NCBI GenBank assembly: GCA_014905635.1 | Contig: JABVCE010000017.1 | Coordinates: forward strand, 124,001 to 188,000 | DNA length: 64,000 bases | Direction of reading: 5' to 3' | Source of the DNA: Scenedesmus sp. PABB004 | Taxonomy: Eukaryota | Shown here: positions 27,996-47,893 of the stretch, in pieces | Layout of the letters: every line of letters starts with the position of its first letter | Numbering within the stretch: position 1 is the stretch's first letter | The notes under the pieces: generated by a model | The model's database searches: none | Told to the model about the DNA's origin: nothing | Seen by the model: only the letters and a program-made list of their open reading frames with translations | Translations under genes and position numbers: made by a program

Positions 27996-30900
27996 ATGCG
28001 CCCCGCCGTTGCGCTGGCGCTGCTGGTGGCCGCGCTGGCGCTGGCCGCGCCCGCAGTAGGCGGCAAGCTGCGCGCCGCGGCGCCCGGCGCGCGCGTGGTG
28101 CCGCGGCGCTTCATCGTGCAGCTCACCGAGCGCCACGGCCGGCGGCTGGCGGGCGCGGGCGACGCGGAGGCGCCGGCGGCGCGCCGCGCGCGGCGCGCGG
28201 GCGCCGGCGCGCCGAGCCCGTTCCTGCGCGACGCGCGCGCGGCCAACGTCAACGTCACGCAGCTGCGCTCGTATGACGGCCCGCTTTTCCGGGGCGTCGC
28301 GCTGGCGGCGGGCAGCGACGGCGACGCGGCGGCGCTGCTGGAGCGGCTCGACGCCGACGCGGGCGTGGCGGCCGTGTTCCCCGTGGTGCGGCGGGGCGGC
28401 GTGGCAGGAGGGAGGGAGGAGGCCCTGGCCGGCCTGAGTTGAGCAGGGCAGCTGGCGGCAGTGTTTTGTGCAGCTTGAGCGCGCCTGCGGCAGCGGCCAG
28501 CCCAGCCAGCGCGCGGCGCGTGGCTGCGGCACCGCTCACCCGCCGCACCCCCGCCCCGCCCCGCCGCCAGACCACCATCACCGCGCCCCGCCCGGTGCGC
28601 CCCAGCCCGCGCCGCGTGCCCGGCGCCGCGGCGGCGGCGGCGATCGCCGTGGCGGCGTCCGCAGCGGCCGCGAGCCCCGACGCCTTGGGCGCGGGCGCGG
28701 GCCCCGACGCCGCGGGCGCAGCGGTCGCGCCCGCGAGCTTCACCCAGACGCCGCTGCCCATTCCCTACCCTGACGTCACGCTGCCGCTCGGCCCCGGCGG
28801 GGCGGCGGTCGCGTTCCGCCCGAGCCGCGCGTGGGGCGTCGCGGACGCGCTGACCAACGTGACCGCGCTGCGGGAGCGCTGGGGCCTGACCGGCGCGGGC
28901 GTGCGCATCGGCATCATCGACTCTGGCATCGACTACACGCACCCCGCGTTTGGGCGCTGCACCGCGGTGGGGCAGCCCGCGGGGCGCTGCCGCGTCGTCG
29001 CGGGGTGGGACTTTGTCGGCGACGGCTTTGAGGCGCCGACGGATGCGCCGCAGCCCAACGACGACCCGGTGCGTGCGCGCGCGCGCCTGTGTGCACACGT
29101 GCGCGCACGGGCTCGCGGCCGTGGGGCTGAGCCCCCCGCCGCCGCGGCCGCCGCGCAGATGGACTGCGGCGAGGAGCGGCACGGCACGAGCGTCGCGGGC
29201 GTCGCGGCGGCGGGCTACGTGGAGGGCGCGCCGATGCTGGGCGTCGCCCCCGAGGCACTGCTGGGCGCCTATCAGGTGGGTTCAGGGCTTAGGGTCGGCT
29301 CTAAAACCCTTGAGCGGGCGGGGCGCTGCACAGAGCGCCCAGCCCCAGGGAGCGGCCTGGAGCGGTCCCCCACGCGCCGGCCGCGCCGCGCAAAGACAAA
29401 GACAAAGACAAGGATAGTTACACGCCAGGCTCGCGCCCCTTGGTCCCGCGCAGGTGTACGGCTGCAGCGGCGTCGGCACGAGCGAGGCGCTGCTCGCGGC
29501 GCTAGAGGCAGCGGTGGACGACGGCATGGACATTGTTAACCTCAGCCTGGGCGAGCCCTCCGGCTACACCGCGGTGGGTGCACGCTCCAAGGCCCCGGCC
29601 GCCGCGGTTTTTTGTGGCGCTCAGGGCTCGCGGCCTGCACCTGGGCGGCGCTTGCGGGCGACCCGTTGCCCGGCCGCCGCGCCGCCCTCTGCTCGAGGGC
29701 GCCGGGGTGGGGGCCAAACACGCTCGTCCCGCCGCCGCCGCAGGAGCCGTGGGCGGGCATCATGGCCGCCCTCTTTGCCCGCGGCGTCGTCGTCGTGCGC
29801 ACGCCCGGCAACGAGGGCGACCCCTGGGGCGGGCAGGGCCTGTTTTACGCCGACGGCCACACCGCGCCCGGCGCGCTCGTCGTCGGCGGGTCGACCACCG
29901 CGAGCGACGACTTCAACTACGTCGGCCCCTCCGCCTTCAGCTCCTGGGGCCCGGTGCGCGCCGCGCCGCGCTGCGTCGCGTTGCCGCGATGCGCGTCGCC
30001 TGCGCCGCGCCCCCACCGCTGACCACACCGCCATCCTCGCGCGGACCGCCGTCGCCTGCGGCGCGCGCGCGCAGGACCCGGAGCTCCGCCTGCTGCCCAC
30101 GGTGACGGGGCCGGCTGAGATGCTGATCACCACCTATGGCGGCGGCGGGCGCTACACGACGCCCGCGTTTCGGTGCGCCGCGCGCGGCGGGAGGGCGGCC
30201 CAGCCCGCTCGTCGCTGCTGCACGGGCGGGGCGCTGCGCGGCTGGAGCCCCCGCGCGCAGCGCCGACCCCGCCGACCGCACAAACCCGCGCGCGCGCGCG
30301 CAGGGACGGCGGCGCGCCGCTCGCGCCTGTGTCGGGCACGTCGTTCGCCGCGCCGTACGCCGCCGGCGCGCTCGCGCTCGCGCTGCAGCTCCACCGCGCC
30401 GCGGCCGCGCCGGGCGCGGGCCCCGACGCGCCCGCGCTCGCGAGCCTGCCGCCGCCGGTCGGCCTGCTCGCGGGCGGCGCCGGCGGCGCGGCCGCTCCCG
30501 CGCCGCCGCGCTTTGACCAGGCCTGGGTCAACGCGGCGCTGTCGGCCACGGCGCGGCCGCTGGACGCCAACATGATGTTCGTGGAGGAGAGCGTGGCCAA
30601 GCAGGGCGCGGGTGCGGCGGCGGCGCAGAGGGCGGCGGGTGGGGCAGCGGGGTCTCACGCCATCGCTGCGCCCAGGCGGCGGTGTTGCTCGCAGGCGGCG
30701 CGCGCGGCGGCCCCGCCGCGTGCCCTGCGCCCCTGCCCGAGGTCCCCGCTCGCCCCTGCTGCTCCCGCCTAAACCCTAAACCCTGACCCCAGGCCTGTTC
30801 GACATCGGCGCCGCGGTGCTAAACCCCATCTCCCTGGACCCGCCCTCCCTCGGCCTGCCGAGTGAGGGGTCGACCCACGTCGCCAACGTCACGCTGACCT

Positions 30901-33349
30901 ATGCCGCACAGCCGACCGACACGGGGCCGCTCAGCTACAGGCGCGTGGGGTGGCGGGGCGGGGCGGGACGCCGCCGCGCTGCGCCGACTGGCGCGCGCGC
31001 CGCCGAGCGGGCGGCGCCGGCAACAGCAAAAACCCAACACACGCCCCGCCGCCGCGCTCTCGTTCCCCCCGCAGGTTTCAGCACGAGAGCGCCGCCGCGA
31101 TCGCGGTGCCGGCGACCTGGGGCGCCAAGCCGCTCACGCCGCTCGACGGCACCGTCTTTGACGCGTCCGCCGGCGTGACCGCCGAGCCGGCCGAGGTCAT
31201 GCTCTGGCCGGGCGAGTCAGCCACCGTGACGGTGAGGCGCGCCCTGCCCGCACGCCGCGGCACCGCAGCGCCGCGCCGCCGCCGGCCCGCGCTGCCGGCG
31301 TCGTCGGTGCGCCCGCTGGATGACGCCACGCGCTGCGCGCGCCGTGCCTGGCCCACGCGGCCGCCCCAGGTGACGTTCACGCTGCCGCCCGAGCTGGAGG
31401 AGCGCCGGCTGTTTTATTCTGGCTATCTGACCTTTCTGCCGCAGCCCGTGCCGGCCGGCGCGGCGGCGGCGCGGGCGGGCGCGCCGCCCGCGGACGACGC
31501 GGCCGGCATCGCCACGCCGCCTGCGGCGGGCGAGGGCGCGCCGGCGCAGGCGGCGCCCGATGGCACGCTGGCGCAGGCGGCGCCCGAGGGCGAGGGCGCG
31601 GCGGACGAGGCAGAGGCGTCGGACGGCGCACCGGCGGCCGCCCCGGTGGGCGTGGCCGCTGTGGCAGCGCAGGCAGCGCCCGGCCACCGCGCCGGCCTGC
31701 GCGCGCTGCTGCAGCAGGAGGCGGCCGGCGCCGGCGGGGACGAGCCGGCCGCCGGCGACGGGGGCGCCGAGCCCGCGGTCGCCGAGCAGATTCAGTCTGC
31801 GCCCGCCGGCGAGGGCGCCGCGGGCGCGCCGCTGGGCGAGCCGCAGTCCCTGCCGGAGCTGGCGCGCGACGATGGCACTGCCAGCCATGCTGGCGACTCT
31901 GGCGTCATCGCCGTCACTCGCGGCAACGCCGTCACTCGCGGCAGCGACGACGACAACGACGACGACGACGACGATGACGACCGCCGCCGCCACGACCGCC
32001 GCGACGACCGCCGCGACGGGCGGGGCTGGCGCTCCCACGACGGCCCAGGCGGCGAGCGCCCCCACCCCGGCGACGAGCACCGCCGCGGCCGCGGCGAGGG
32101 CCTCCGCGACCGGCGCGGCCGCGCGTGGCGCGCGCCCGTCGCCCGCGGCGGCCGCCGCGAGGCGCCCGCCGTCGCGGCGCCGCCGCCGGCCGCGCCGGCC
32201 GCGCCGCCGGCGCGGCCGGCCGTCGCGCCGCTGCCGCCGGTCGGGCGCGTCGCGGGCGTGCGGCTGGTGGTGCCCTACCAGGGCGCGCCGGGCTACTCCA
32301 CGTCGCTGCCCGTGGCGATGCCCAACTCCTGGCGGGTGCGCCGCCGCGCCGGCCCGCCGCGCCGCGCCCGCCCCGCGCCCCACCCCGCGCACGCCGCCGC
32401 AGCCGCGGCGCGCCCTGCGGCCGCGAGCACCGACCCCCGCCGCCGCCTGCTCACCCCGCTGACCCCCGCCGCCGTCCGCGCCTCGGCTCGTGGCCAGGTC
32501 AACGCCCTCTGTTACGCCCCGGGCACAGTCAATGTGCTCTCTCATGGCGTGGCGGTCAACCCGGCGATGAAGGTGCGGGACGGGCTGAGGGACGGGCCGA
32601 GGGACAGGGCGGGGCGCCAGGGCCCCGGGCGGGCGCGTGCCGCGGCGCCCGCCTCAGCGGCCTGAGCCCCGCACCGCCGGCTGTGCCTTGGCGCAGGTCA
32701 ACGACGGCGGCTGCGCCGCGCTGTCGGGGAGCTACGGCTCGGCGCTGCGGCCGGCCATCGAGGTGCGGCGACGCGCGGAGGCCTGCCATGCCAGCCCTGC
32801 CCAGGGCTGCCCCAGGCTGCGCGCCGCGCGCTCACGCACACACGCGCCCTCGCTCTCGCTGCCAACCCTCAGGTGCCGCTGAGTCAGATCCAGCAGTTCC
32901 CCTGCGCGCTGAGCCTCGTGCTCGCGCCGATCCTCCCCGTCCGCCGGTGCGCGCTGCCGCCGCGTCGCCGCCGCCGCCGCGCGCCCCCGCCACCCGCGGG
33001 GCTCCCCTGACGCCCCCTGGCGCCCCGCCGCCCCGGCGCCGCGCGGCGCAGCATCACCGTGGAGCTCACCGACCCCGCCACCAACGCCACGCTGGGGGGG
33101 CTGGGCACGCTGGAGACGGCCAGCTATTCGCGCTCGCCCGCGGGGTCGCCCTGGTCGTACTGCCTGGACTGGCGGGGGCGCTACGACCGCGCCGACGGCG
33201 GCGGCACCGCCGCCGTGCGCCCCGGCCGCGCGTACGGCATGGCCGCGACGCTCGAGGCGCCGCTGAGCCTTGCGGACGCCGCCGCGGGGCTCGCGCCGCG
33301 CCGCGTGCGGGTGCCCATGCAGGGCTCGTTCAAGGTGGTCAGGGGCTGA
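27996..33349 (+). CDS. Secreted subtilisin-like S8 serine protease, paralog 1
   Basis: Signal peptide, I9-like prodomain, triad IGIIDSGIDYTHP / HGTSVAG / SGTSFAAP, oxyanion GNEG, Fn3-like YSGY, C-terminal LCYAP and YCLDWRG. Confidence 0.9.
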
Positions 33350-33871
33350 GCTCCTGAGCGGCGGGCCGAATGAGCGCGCAGAGCGCGCTGGCTCTCCGGA
33401 CCCTGCTGCCGTCGCTGCGGAAAGCGTGTGCCAGCGCGCTGAGGGCGGGCGGCGGCGGCGCGACCAGGGGGGCTGGGGGGCTGCGCGCAGCAAGGAACCC
33501 AACACCCGCCGGTGCGGACGGCGCTGCGAAATGCGCCCGAGCCGGAGCAAGTTACTGTTGACCGCGTTCACACCCGGGATTACGCCGACAGACATCAAGA
33601 GTCAGAACCAGCGTGCGCCTGCGCCTGCCGGGCAGCGTGGTGGGGCTGCGCGGGGCTGCACGTCGCCGCCATTTCAAGTGAGAGATAGTGAGAGAGAGCG
33701 TGTGGCATGGTCGCACATGCTCACACATGATCACACGACAAGAGCACACCCAGCGCCGCCGCCAGCCCGATCCCACCACCGCCAGTCGCGCCACATGCAG
33801 TCCGTCGGCAGCAGATGCCGCCGCGTCACACCCGCCCGGCAGGCCAAAATCAGCGCCGCGCGTCCGGCCGC

Positions 33872-36800
33872 TCACTGCTGCCGGCACGTCTTGGCCGGCG
33901 CCGCCGCGTCGCCGGCGGCGGGCACGTCGGCGGGCGCCGCGGCCGACGCGGCGCCGCCCGCCGGCGCGCCCGCGTCGCTGCCCGCGCGCCGCGCCGCGGG
34001 GTCGGGGCTCGCGCGGCCGCTGCTCGCGCCGCTCACGGCGCCGAGCGTCACGCGGCAGCCCTTCGCGACCTTGACCGCGCCGCCGCCGGCGCCGGCCGCC
34101 GCGCCGGGGGCCGGCGGCGGCGCGCCGCCGCCGGAGGCCGCCGAGAGCTGCCGCGCGAGCGCCTCGACCTTGCCCTTTGCGCCCGTGCGCCGGCGCTTGC
34201 TGCCGCCGCTGCTGCTCCGCCGCCGGCGCGCGCCGGCGGCATCGGCGGCGAGCAGCCGGTCGATCATGCCCGCCACCGCGTCGACGACCGCGCGGTCCAC
34301 GCCGTCGCGGTAGTGCCGCGGCGCGCGCGGCGGCGGCGGGTGCGCGTCCGCGCCCGCGCCCGCGGCGCCGGCGCCGGCGCCGGCGCCGGCGCCGCCGCGG
34401 CGCCGCGCCGGCGTCGCGCCCAGCCGCAGCAGCACGCCCGCCACGAGGCGGCGCACCTCCGGCAGCACGCCCTCGGCGCCCTCGTCGTCCTCGTCGCTGC
34501 CGCCGTCGCCGCGGCGCGCCGCCGCCGCGGCCGCGGCCGCGGCCGCCTCGGCGCGCGCCGCCGCCTCGGCGGCACGCGCGGCCTGCCGCGCGGCGGCGCG
34601 CCACCCCGGGTTGACCACGGTGGCGATGGCGTTGGCCACGAGCTGCTGCACCTCCGGCGCGATGCCCTCGCGGCGCACGTAGGGCATGTGCGGCGGCGGC
34701 GTGCGGCCGGGGCGGCTCGCCTTGGCCTTGCCGCCCGGCGCGCCGGCGCCGGCGCCCTGCTGCTGGGCCTGCGGGGCCTGCTGCGGCTGCTGCTGGGGCT
34801 GCTGCTGCTGCTGCTTGTCCTTGCGCTGCCGCTCACGCTTCTGGCCGCGCCCCTCCTTGTCGCCGGCGGCGTCGGCCGACGCCGCCGCTGCGAGCGCCGC
34901 GCCGGCCGCCGCCGCGCCGGCTGCCGCCTTGCCCTGCTGCTGCTGCTGCTTGGGCGCGGCCTGCTGCTTGGGCGCCGCTGCCTGCGCAGCGGCGTCGGCC
35001 TTGCCCTTGCCGCCGGCCGCCGCCTGCTTGTCGCCGGCGGCGCCTTGCTGCTGCTGCTGCTTCTTGCCGCCGGCGCCGTCCTTGCCCGGCTGCTGCCCCT
35101 TACCCTTGCCCTCCTTGGCCACCGGCGCCGGCGGCGGCGCCGCGGCGCGGTCCTTCTGCACGCCGGCCAGCGCACCCTTGAACGCGGCCAGGCCGCCGGG
35201 GCCCATCACCGCGCCCGCGCCGCGGCGCTTGGGCTCACCGCCGGGCACGGGCGCGCCGCCGCCGCGCCCGCCGCTGGGCCCGGCGCCGGCCGCGCCGCCG
35301 CCGCGCCCTCCGCTCGGCCCGGCGCCGGCCGCGCCGCCGCCGCGCCCCGCGCCGCCGTGGTGCGGCGGCTCGCGCTGGTGCGGGCCCTGCGGCTCGCGGC
35401 CGGGGCGGCCCTGCTGCTGGTGCTGCTGCTGCATCGGGCCCTGCCGCTCGCGCAGGTCGTGCTGCTGCCACGTGGGCGGCTGCGCCGGCCGGCCACGGCC
35501 GCCCTGCACCTCACCATACCCGCCGCCCTGCTGCCCGTGCCCGCCGTGCTGCTGCTGGTGCGGGTGCTGCTGCTGCGGCGCGCCGCGCCGCGCGTTGCCG
35601 CCCTCACGGTCGCGCACCGCCGCCGCGAGTGCCGCCGCGGCGGGGCCGAGCGGCGCGCCGCGGCCGGGGTTGGGCGCGCCCGGGCCGCCCTGGTGGTGCG
35701 GCGGAGCCCCGCCAAAGCCCGCCGGTGAGCCGCCGCCGCCGCGGCCGGGGCCCGCCTTGGAGCCAAAGCCCGGCGGCGCGGCGCCCGGCGGGCCCTGCCC
35801 GGACTGCGGGCCGCCGCGGCCCTGGCCGCCGTGCTGCGGGCCGCCGTGCTGCGGGCCGCCGTGCTGCGGGCCGCCGTGCTGAGGGCCGCCCGAGCCGTAC
35901 CCGGCGGGGGCCCCAGAGCCCCCCGGCGCGCCGCGCGGGCCGGCGCCGCCGGGCGGGCCGCCGCCGGCGCGCGTCTTGAAGCCGGGCGGCGCTGCATCGC
36001 CGTGCTGCTGCTGCTGCTGCTGGTGCTGCAGCCGCGCCGCCACCTGCTGCTGGTACGGCCCCGGCCCGCCGCCGCCGCCGCCGCCGCGGGGGCCGCCGAA
36101 GCCCGCGGGCACGTCGTCGCCCTCGCCGCGCGCCGGCTGCTGCGCGGCCGGCGGCGCGCCGTAGCCGCCGCCGGGGGGCCGCGGCGGCGCGCCGCCGCCC
36201 GGCGCCGGGGCCGGCGGCGCGGGCAGGCCCGCCGCGGCGGCGGCGGCCGAGAGCGCGACGTCTGGCGGCGTGCCCGGCGGCATCGCCGCAAGCATCTTGG
36301 CCATGAGCCCCATCAGCTGCTCCTGCTGGCTCGCGACCGTCTGCTGCACCGTCTGCTGCAGCACCGCCTGCTGCTGCTGCAGCACCTGCTGCTGCCAGTT
36401 GCTCATCCAGCTCTGCTGCATCGCCGCATACGCCTGGATCTGCGCCTGAACCTGCGCCGCGACGACCGCCTGCACCGCGGGGTCGTCCGCGAGCGCGCCG
36501 CCGGCGCCGCCGGCGGGCGCGCCGCCGCCCGCGGCCGCGCCGCCGGGCGGCGGCGGCGGCGGCGGCGGCGCGCCGGGGCCGCCGCCCGCCGGGCCCGGCG
36601 GCGCGCCGGGCGCGCCGGGCGGGTCGCCCGCGCCGCGCAGGTGCGGCGGCTGGTAGTTGTTGCCGCCGCGCCCCGCGCCGCCCGCGCCCGCGCCGCCGCC
36701 GGGCTCGCCGCCGCCGCCGAGGCCCGCCTGCTGCTGCCACGTCAGCGACTCGCGCGCCGCGGGCGCCTGGTACGCCGGCTCCAGCGCGCCGCCCGGCGGC

Positions 36801-37935
36801 GCGGGCGCGCCACCAAACGCGCCGCCGCCGCGCGGCGCGGGCGCCCCGTGCACGCCGTCGGCGGCCTCGCCGCCGCGGCGCCCCGCCGGGTCGGCGTACG
36901 CCGCCGGCGCGGCGCCGCCCGCGTAGCCGCCGTTGTGCGCCGCGCCCGCGGCGCCGGGGCCGGCGCCGCCAAAGCCCGCGGGGCGGTCGTGCGGCTCGGC
37001 GCGGCCGCGCGTCCAGCTGTCGCGGTCGTAGCCGGGGCCGCCGCCGCCCGCGGCGCCGCCATACTGGTGGTTGTGCTGCGCGGACGCGTAGGCGGCGCTG
37101 GGCGCCGCCGTGCCGCCGCCGCCGCCGCCGCCGGCGCCGTAGCTGTCGCCGGCGTAGCCGCCGGGCGCGGCCTCGGTGGTGCCGCTGCTGCGGCGCGCCG
37201 CGCCGAGCACCTCCCAGCGGCCGTGCGTGCCTGCGGCGCGCGCGGGCGGGCCGGGCCCCCCGCGGTGAGCACGCGGGCGGGGGCGCGCCCGCGGCGCGTG
37301 GCGCAGGCGGGCCGGGCCGCGCGCGCGGCGCCCACCCGGTGTGCGGTCCGTCTCCCAGCGCCGCCGGTCGGCCCACGCCGAGCCCGCGCCGGGCGCGCCG
37401 GCGCCGCCGTGGCCGTGGTGCCCGCCCGCGTGGTGCCCGCCCGCGTGCTGCTCGCTGGCGCCGCGCATGAGCAGCTTCAGCTGCTCCGACGCGTTGCTGC
37501 CTGCACGCAGACGCGGCGACGGGCAGCGCGCGCGTTGCGGGCGCGGGTGAGAGCTGCGCGCGCCCGCCGCGACACCGGCGCGCGCCCGCCGCGACCGCGT
37601 ACACAACGCACCTGCGCCGGGCGCCAGGCCGGAGCCGGGGACCTGCCCGGGGTGTGTCTGGATCCAGCGCGCCTGCAGAGGCAGCGGCGGAGCAGCGGCG
37701 GTGAGCGGTGAGCGGTGAGCGGCGCGACGGCGCGCAGCCGCGGCGGCGCCGATCACGCTGTTCCGCGGAGCCCGCGCCCCGGGCGGCGCCTGGCGGCGTC
37801 CCGAGCCCGCCCTGGCCCGGCCAACGAGCTCGCCCGGCCCACCTCCTGGATCACGCCCGAGAGCGTGCGGTTGGTGCCACCAACGGGTCCTCCCAGCTCG
37901 TCCTCCACCAGGTCGCCCCATTTCGCGTGCGCCAT
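33872..37935 (-). CDS. Large low-complexity G/A/P/Q-rich protein of unknown function
   Basis: Final exon open for more than 3.3 kb. Small 5' exons MAHAKWGDLVEDEL...IQE|ARWIQTHPGQ...|SNASEQLKLLMRG joined by GT-AG introns. Q-rich helix and basic KRRR. Confidence 0.7.
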
Positions 37936-38333
37936 GACGCCTGCACGCCTGCGGGGGCCGGAACAGCAGCGGTGGTCGGCATGCCGGCCAAGGCTCCAGC
38001 CTGGCGGGGTCCCCAGGCCGCCGATCCCGGCGGGGGCAGCTTCCTGCGCTTTCGCGCCACCCCTCGCGCACCTCGCCGGCGCGATAGCGCGGTCCGTGTC
38101 GTTGCTGCTGCTCGCGGCCGGGCTCTCGCTGCGCCGCGCGCTCGCACCCGGCTGTGGCGCGCTGTGTGCGCGCTGTGTCGCGCCGCGACCCAGGGCCCGC
38201 GGCTGCGGCAGACTGACCGAAAAGCCCTGGACCCGAAGCACGTCCACCGCTCCCGAGGTGGCAGTCACCGTGGCTCTGCAAGTGACGGCGCGACCAGCTG
38301 CCACGCAGCAGGAGGGCCTCAGAGGAGCGCCAA

Positions 38334-39375
38334 ATGGCGGCGCCCGCCGCGCCGACGTTGCGCGGCGAAGAAGTCGAGTTTGAGGGCGAAGAGGACGAGT
38401 ACGAGGAGGTGGAGGTCACGGACGACGAGGACGAGCTGCAGGAGCAGGAGGAGGGGCAGCCGGCGGCCGCCGGTGCGGCGCCGGGCGCGCGCCCGCTCGG
38501 CAGCGCGCCGCTGCGCCGCTCACGCCGCCGCCGCCGCCGCCGCGCGCCCGGCGGCGCCCCCCGCAGAGCCGCACGGCCTCAGCAGCGCGCCTGCTGCGGC
38601 CGCGCCGCCGCCGCCGCCGCCGGAGCCGCGCGAGCCGCGCGGCAGCAGCGGTGGCGGCGCGGAGCAGGTCGCCAGCAAGGTCGCGGCCGAGGTGGCTCAC
38701 CTCGCGGCAGACGTCACGCACAAGGCGCGCCGGAGTCACCGGGCGTTCGGGGCGCGCAGGGGCGCGAGCGCGCCGCCCCCGTGCGTGCACGTGCGCGCGC
38801 GGCATGCGCCGCCGACCGCACGCCCTCCGCCGCACCCCCGCCAATGCACAGCTGCAGGACGGCCTGCGCTCCGCGCTGGGCGCCGCGCCCAGCGGCGGCG
38901 CCGTCCTGGCCGCGGGGCTGGGCAGCACGCTGAGCGGGGGCCTGTCAGGCATCAGCAGCTGGTGGGCGACCCTCGACTCCACGCTGGCCGCCAACAACGC
39001 GCCCGCGGCGCCGCCCGGCGGCGCGCCGGCGGACAAGCTCGCCCGGTGAGCCGCGCGAGGGAGGCGGGGGGCGGGGGCCAGGCGCGCGCAGCAGCCGGCT
39101 GGCCGGCCGCAGCCCGCGCCCTGGACTCTCGATCCCGGCCGCTGGCGCGCAGGTCGGGCGCGCCCGAGGCGGCGCTGGCCGCCGCGTTTGGCCTGGCGCC
39201 GGGGAGGCGCTGGTGGAGAGCTTTGGCTGCTCGCTGCTGCAGACGTATGCCTGCACCGACAACGCGCTCACGCCGCCGATGCAGGCGCGGCACACACGGG
39301 CGGGGGCGCGGCACACGCGCGCGGCAGCGAGCCCAAACCTTGCCGCGCCGGGCCTGAGCGCCCGCCCGCGCCCCG

Positions 39376-39416
<41 letters not shown>

Positions 39417-39985
39417 AGATCGCACTGCCCGGCACCCTCCACATCACTGACGCGCACGCGTGCTTCGCGCAGCGGGAGCAGGAGCCCGCCAGCAGCAGCG
39501 CCGGCAGCGGCGCGGCCGGGAGCAGCAGCGGCGTGGCCGCCGGCAGCGCCGGCGACGACGGCAGCGCCGGCGGCGGCGGCACGCGGCGGCGGCAACGCCG
39601 GGTGTCGCCGCTGCTGTTCAAGGTGGCCCACGCCGAGGTGGCGTCGGCGACGCGCGAGCCGCGCCCGGGCCGCTCGCTGGCGGCGGCAGACCTGCTGCGC
39701 CTGACCGTCGCGCCCCGGCCGGGCGGCACCAGCGGGGGGCCACTGCTGGGCGGCAGCGGCGGCGGCGCGGCAGCTGGGACCAGGGTCAGCGGCGGCGGCG
39801 GCGCGGCAGCTGGGACCAGGGTCAGCGGCGGCGACGGCGGCGGGGCGGCAGCTGGGAGCAGGGTCAGCGGCGGCGGCGGCGGCGGCGGCGGCAGCGGCGG
39901 CTGGAGCGTCTCGTTTTCGGGCTTTGAGCGCGGCGGGCTTGACTCGGCGCTCGCGCTCGTTGAGCACCTGCGCGAGCCGAGCTGA
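38334..39985 (+). CDS. Putative GRAM/PH-like domain protein with acidic N-terminus
   Basis: Acidic EEDEYEEVEV tract. AFGLAPGEALVESFGCSLLQ...PGTLHITDAHACF resembles the GRAM consensus. Confidence 0.6.
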
Positions 39986-40443
39986 GCTGAGCCGAGAGCC
40001 GAGCTGAGCCGAGCCGAGTTGAGTTGATCATTCCAGCTGAGCCGAGCTGATGCGCCGCGAGTCGTGCCGAGCTGAGCGGAGACTGCCGGCGCTCGCGGGC
40101 GGCGCGCGGCGGCTGGGACGCTCCAGGCGCGCGTCGGCCCCCCGTTTACCCGCAGCGCACAGTCCCGGCGCCGCCACCCCGGCGGTCGCGCGCACGTCGC
40201 GCGCGCCCGCCAAGTGCGTGGGTGAGTGGTGTGTGGGTGTTGCGGTGCTGCTGTCACTGCCGATGCGATTCGTAGGAGGCACAGGTGCTCCGCGGCGCGT
40301 GCCGCTGCATCAACAGCAACAGCAGGCAACGAACGCATGGTGTCGCGCACGCTCAGTCGGCGGTCTCACTGCAGCCCCGCCCCCGGTTCAAGGGGCCGCA
40401 GCAACTGCCCAGGTGCCCGCCGCACGCGGAGTGCTCCCCCAAA

Positions 40444-40448
40444 TGTAA
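40444..40448 (+). promoter_or_regulatory. Candidate TGTAA polyadenylation signal for the GRAM-like gene
   Basis: Chlorophyte-type TGTAA about 460 nt after the stop codon. Confidence 0.45.
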
Positions 40449-40840
40449 AGGGGCGAGCTGCGCCTCGCCTCAACGCCTGCAAACCAACCGACAAGCAGAA
40501 CCCATCAGCTCCGACACTAGCTCCGCGACACCGACCGCTGCCGCTGCGGCGGCGTGCTACGCGGCGCGGCGCGCCCACCCACCCCTCAGCCCAGCGCAGC
40601 GCATGCCAGCCAAAGCGTGTGATCATCGCCCCCCCCCCCCCCCCCCCGCCGCTCACGCCGGCGCCGCGCTCCAGCGCGCCGGGCCGCCCGCCCTGCCCCC
40701 GCACCAACACCATCCGTCGCTGCCGCCCCGCGCCGTTCTCTGGCTGGTGCCGCCGCGCCCGCCCGCTGCGCCCCCACGCCGCCGCCCGCCCCAGGGTTTT
40801 GCGCGCCGCGCCGCCGCGCGCGCCGTCGCGCCGCCGCCGC

Positions 40841-47470
<6,630 letters not shown>

Positions 47471-47808
47471 CGCTGCTGCTGCGCAGCAATGCTCGTCTCG
47501 GAAAGCGGGCCGCCTGCCGCGTCAAGGCGCCGCTGGCGCCTGCGGTTCGAGCAGGGCGCGATCTATCGGTTTTCGGGCGGGCGCTGCGTTGCGACTGCGA
47601 ATCCCGTCGGCACGCAGCTGTCGGCCGCACGGGGTCGGTTGCGAGAGCACGCGGTCGTGCGGAGAGGGCTTGCGTCCAGCAGGAACGATGCCAGGGCCGG
47701 GGCGCGGTGGCACGACCAGCCCCGCGGCGGCGGCGGGTGCGGCGGCGCAGGGTCCGCGCGCACGCGGCGCGACCGGCCAGCGCGCGACCGGTGGCGCAGA
47801 GTGACTTT

Positions 47809-47813
47809 TTACA
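47809..47813 (-). promoter_or_regulatory. Candidate TGTAA polyadenylation signal of the small repeat-protein gene
   Basis: TTACA on the plus strand about 80 nt beyond the stop at 47894. Confidence 0.5.
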
Positions 47814-47893
47814 GAGGCCTCCACCCACGCACACACCATGCTGAGACGTTCGTTGGGCTGCCAGGGCTCGCCGTCGAGCGCGCACGCGCGCGC

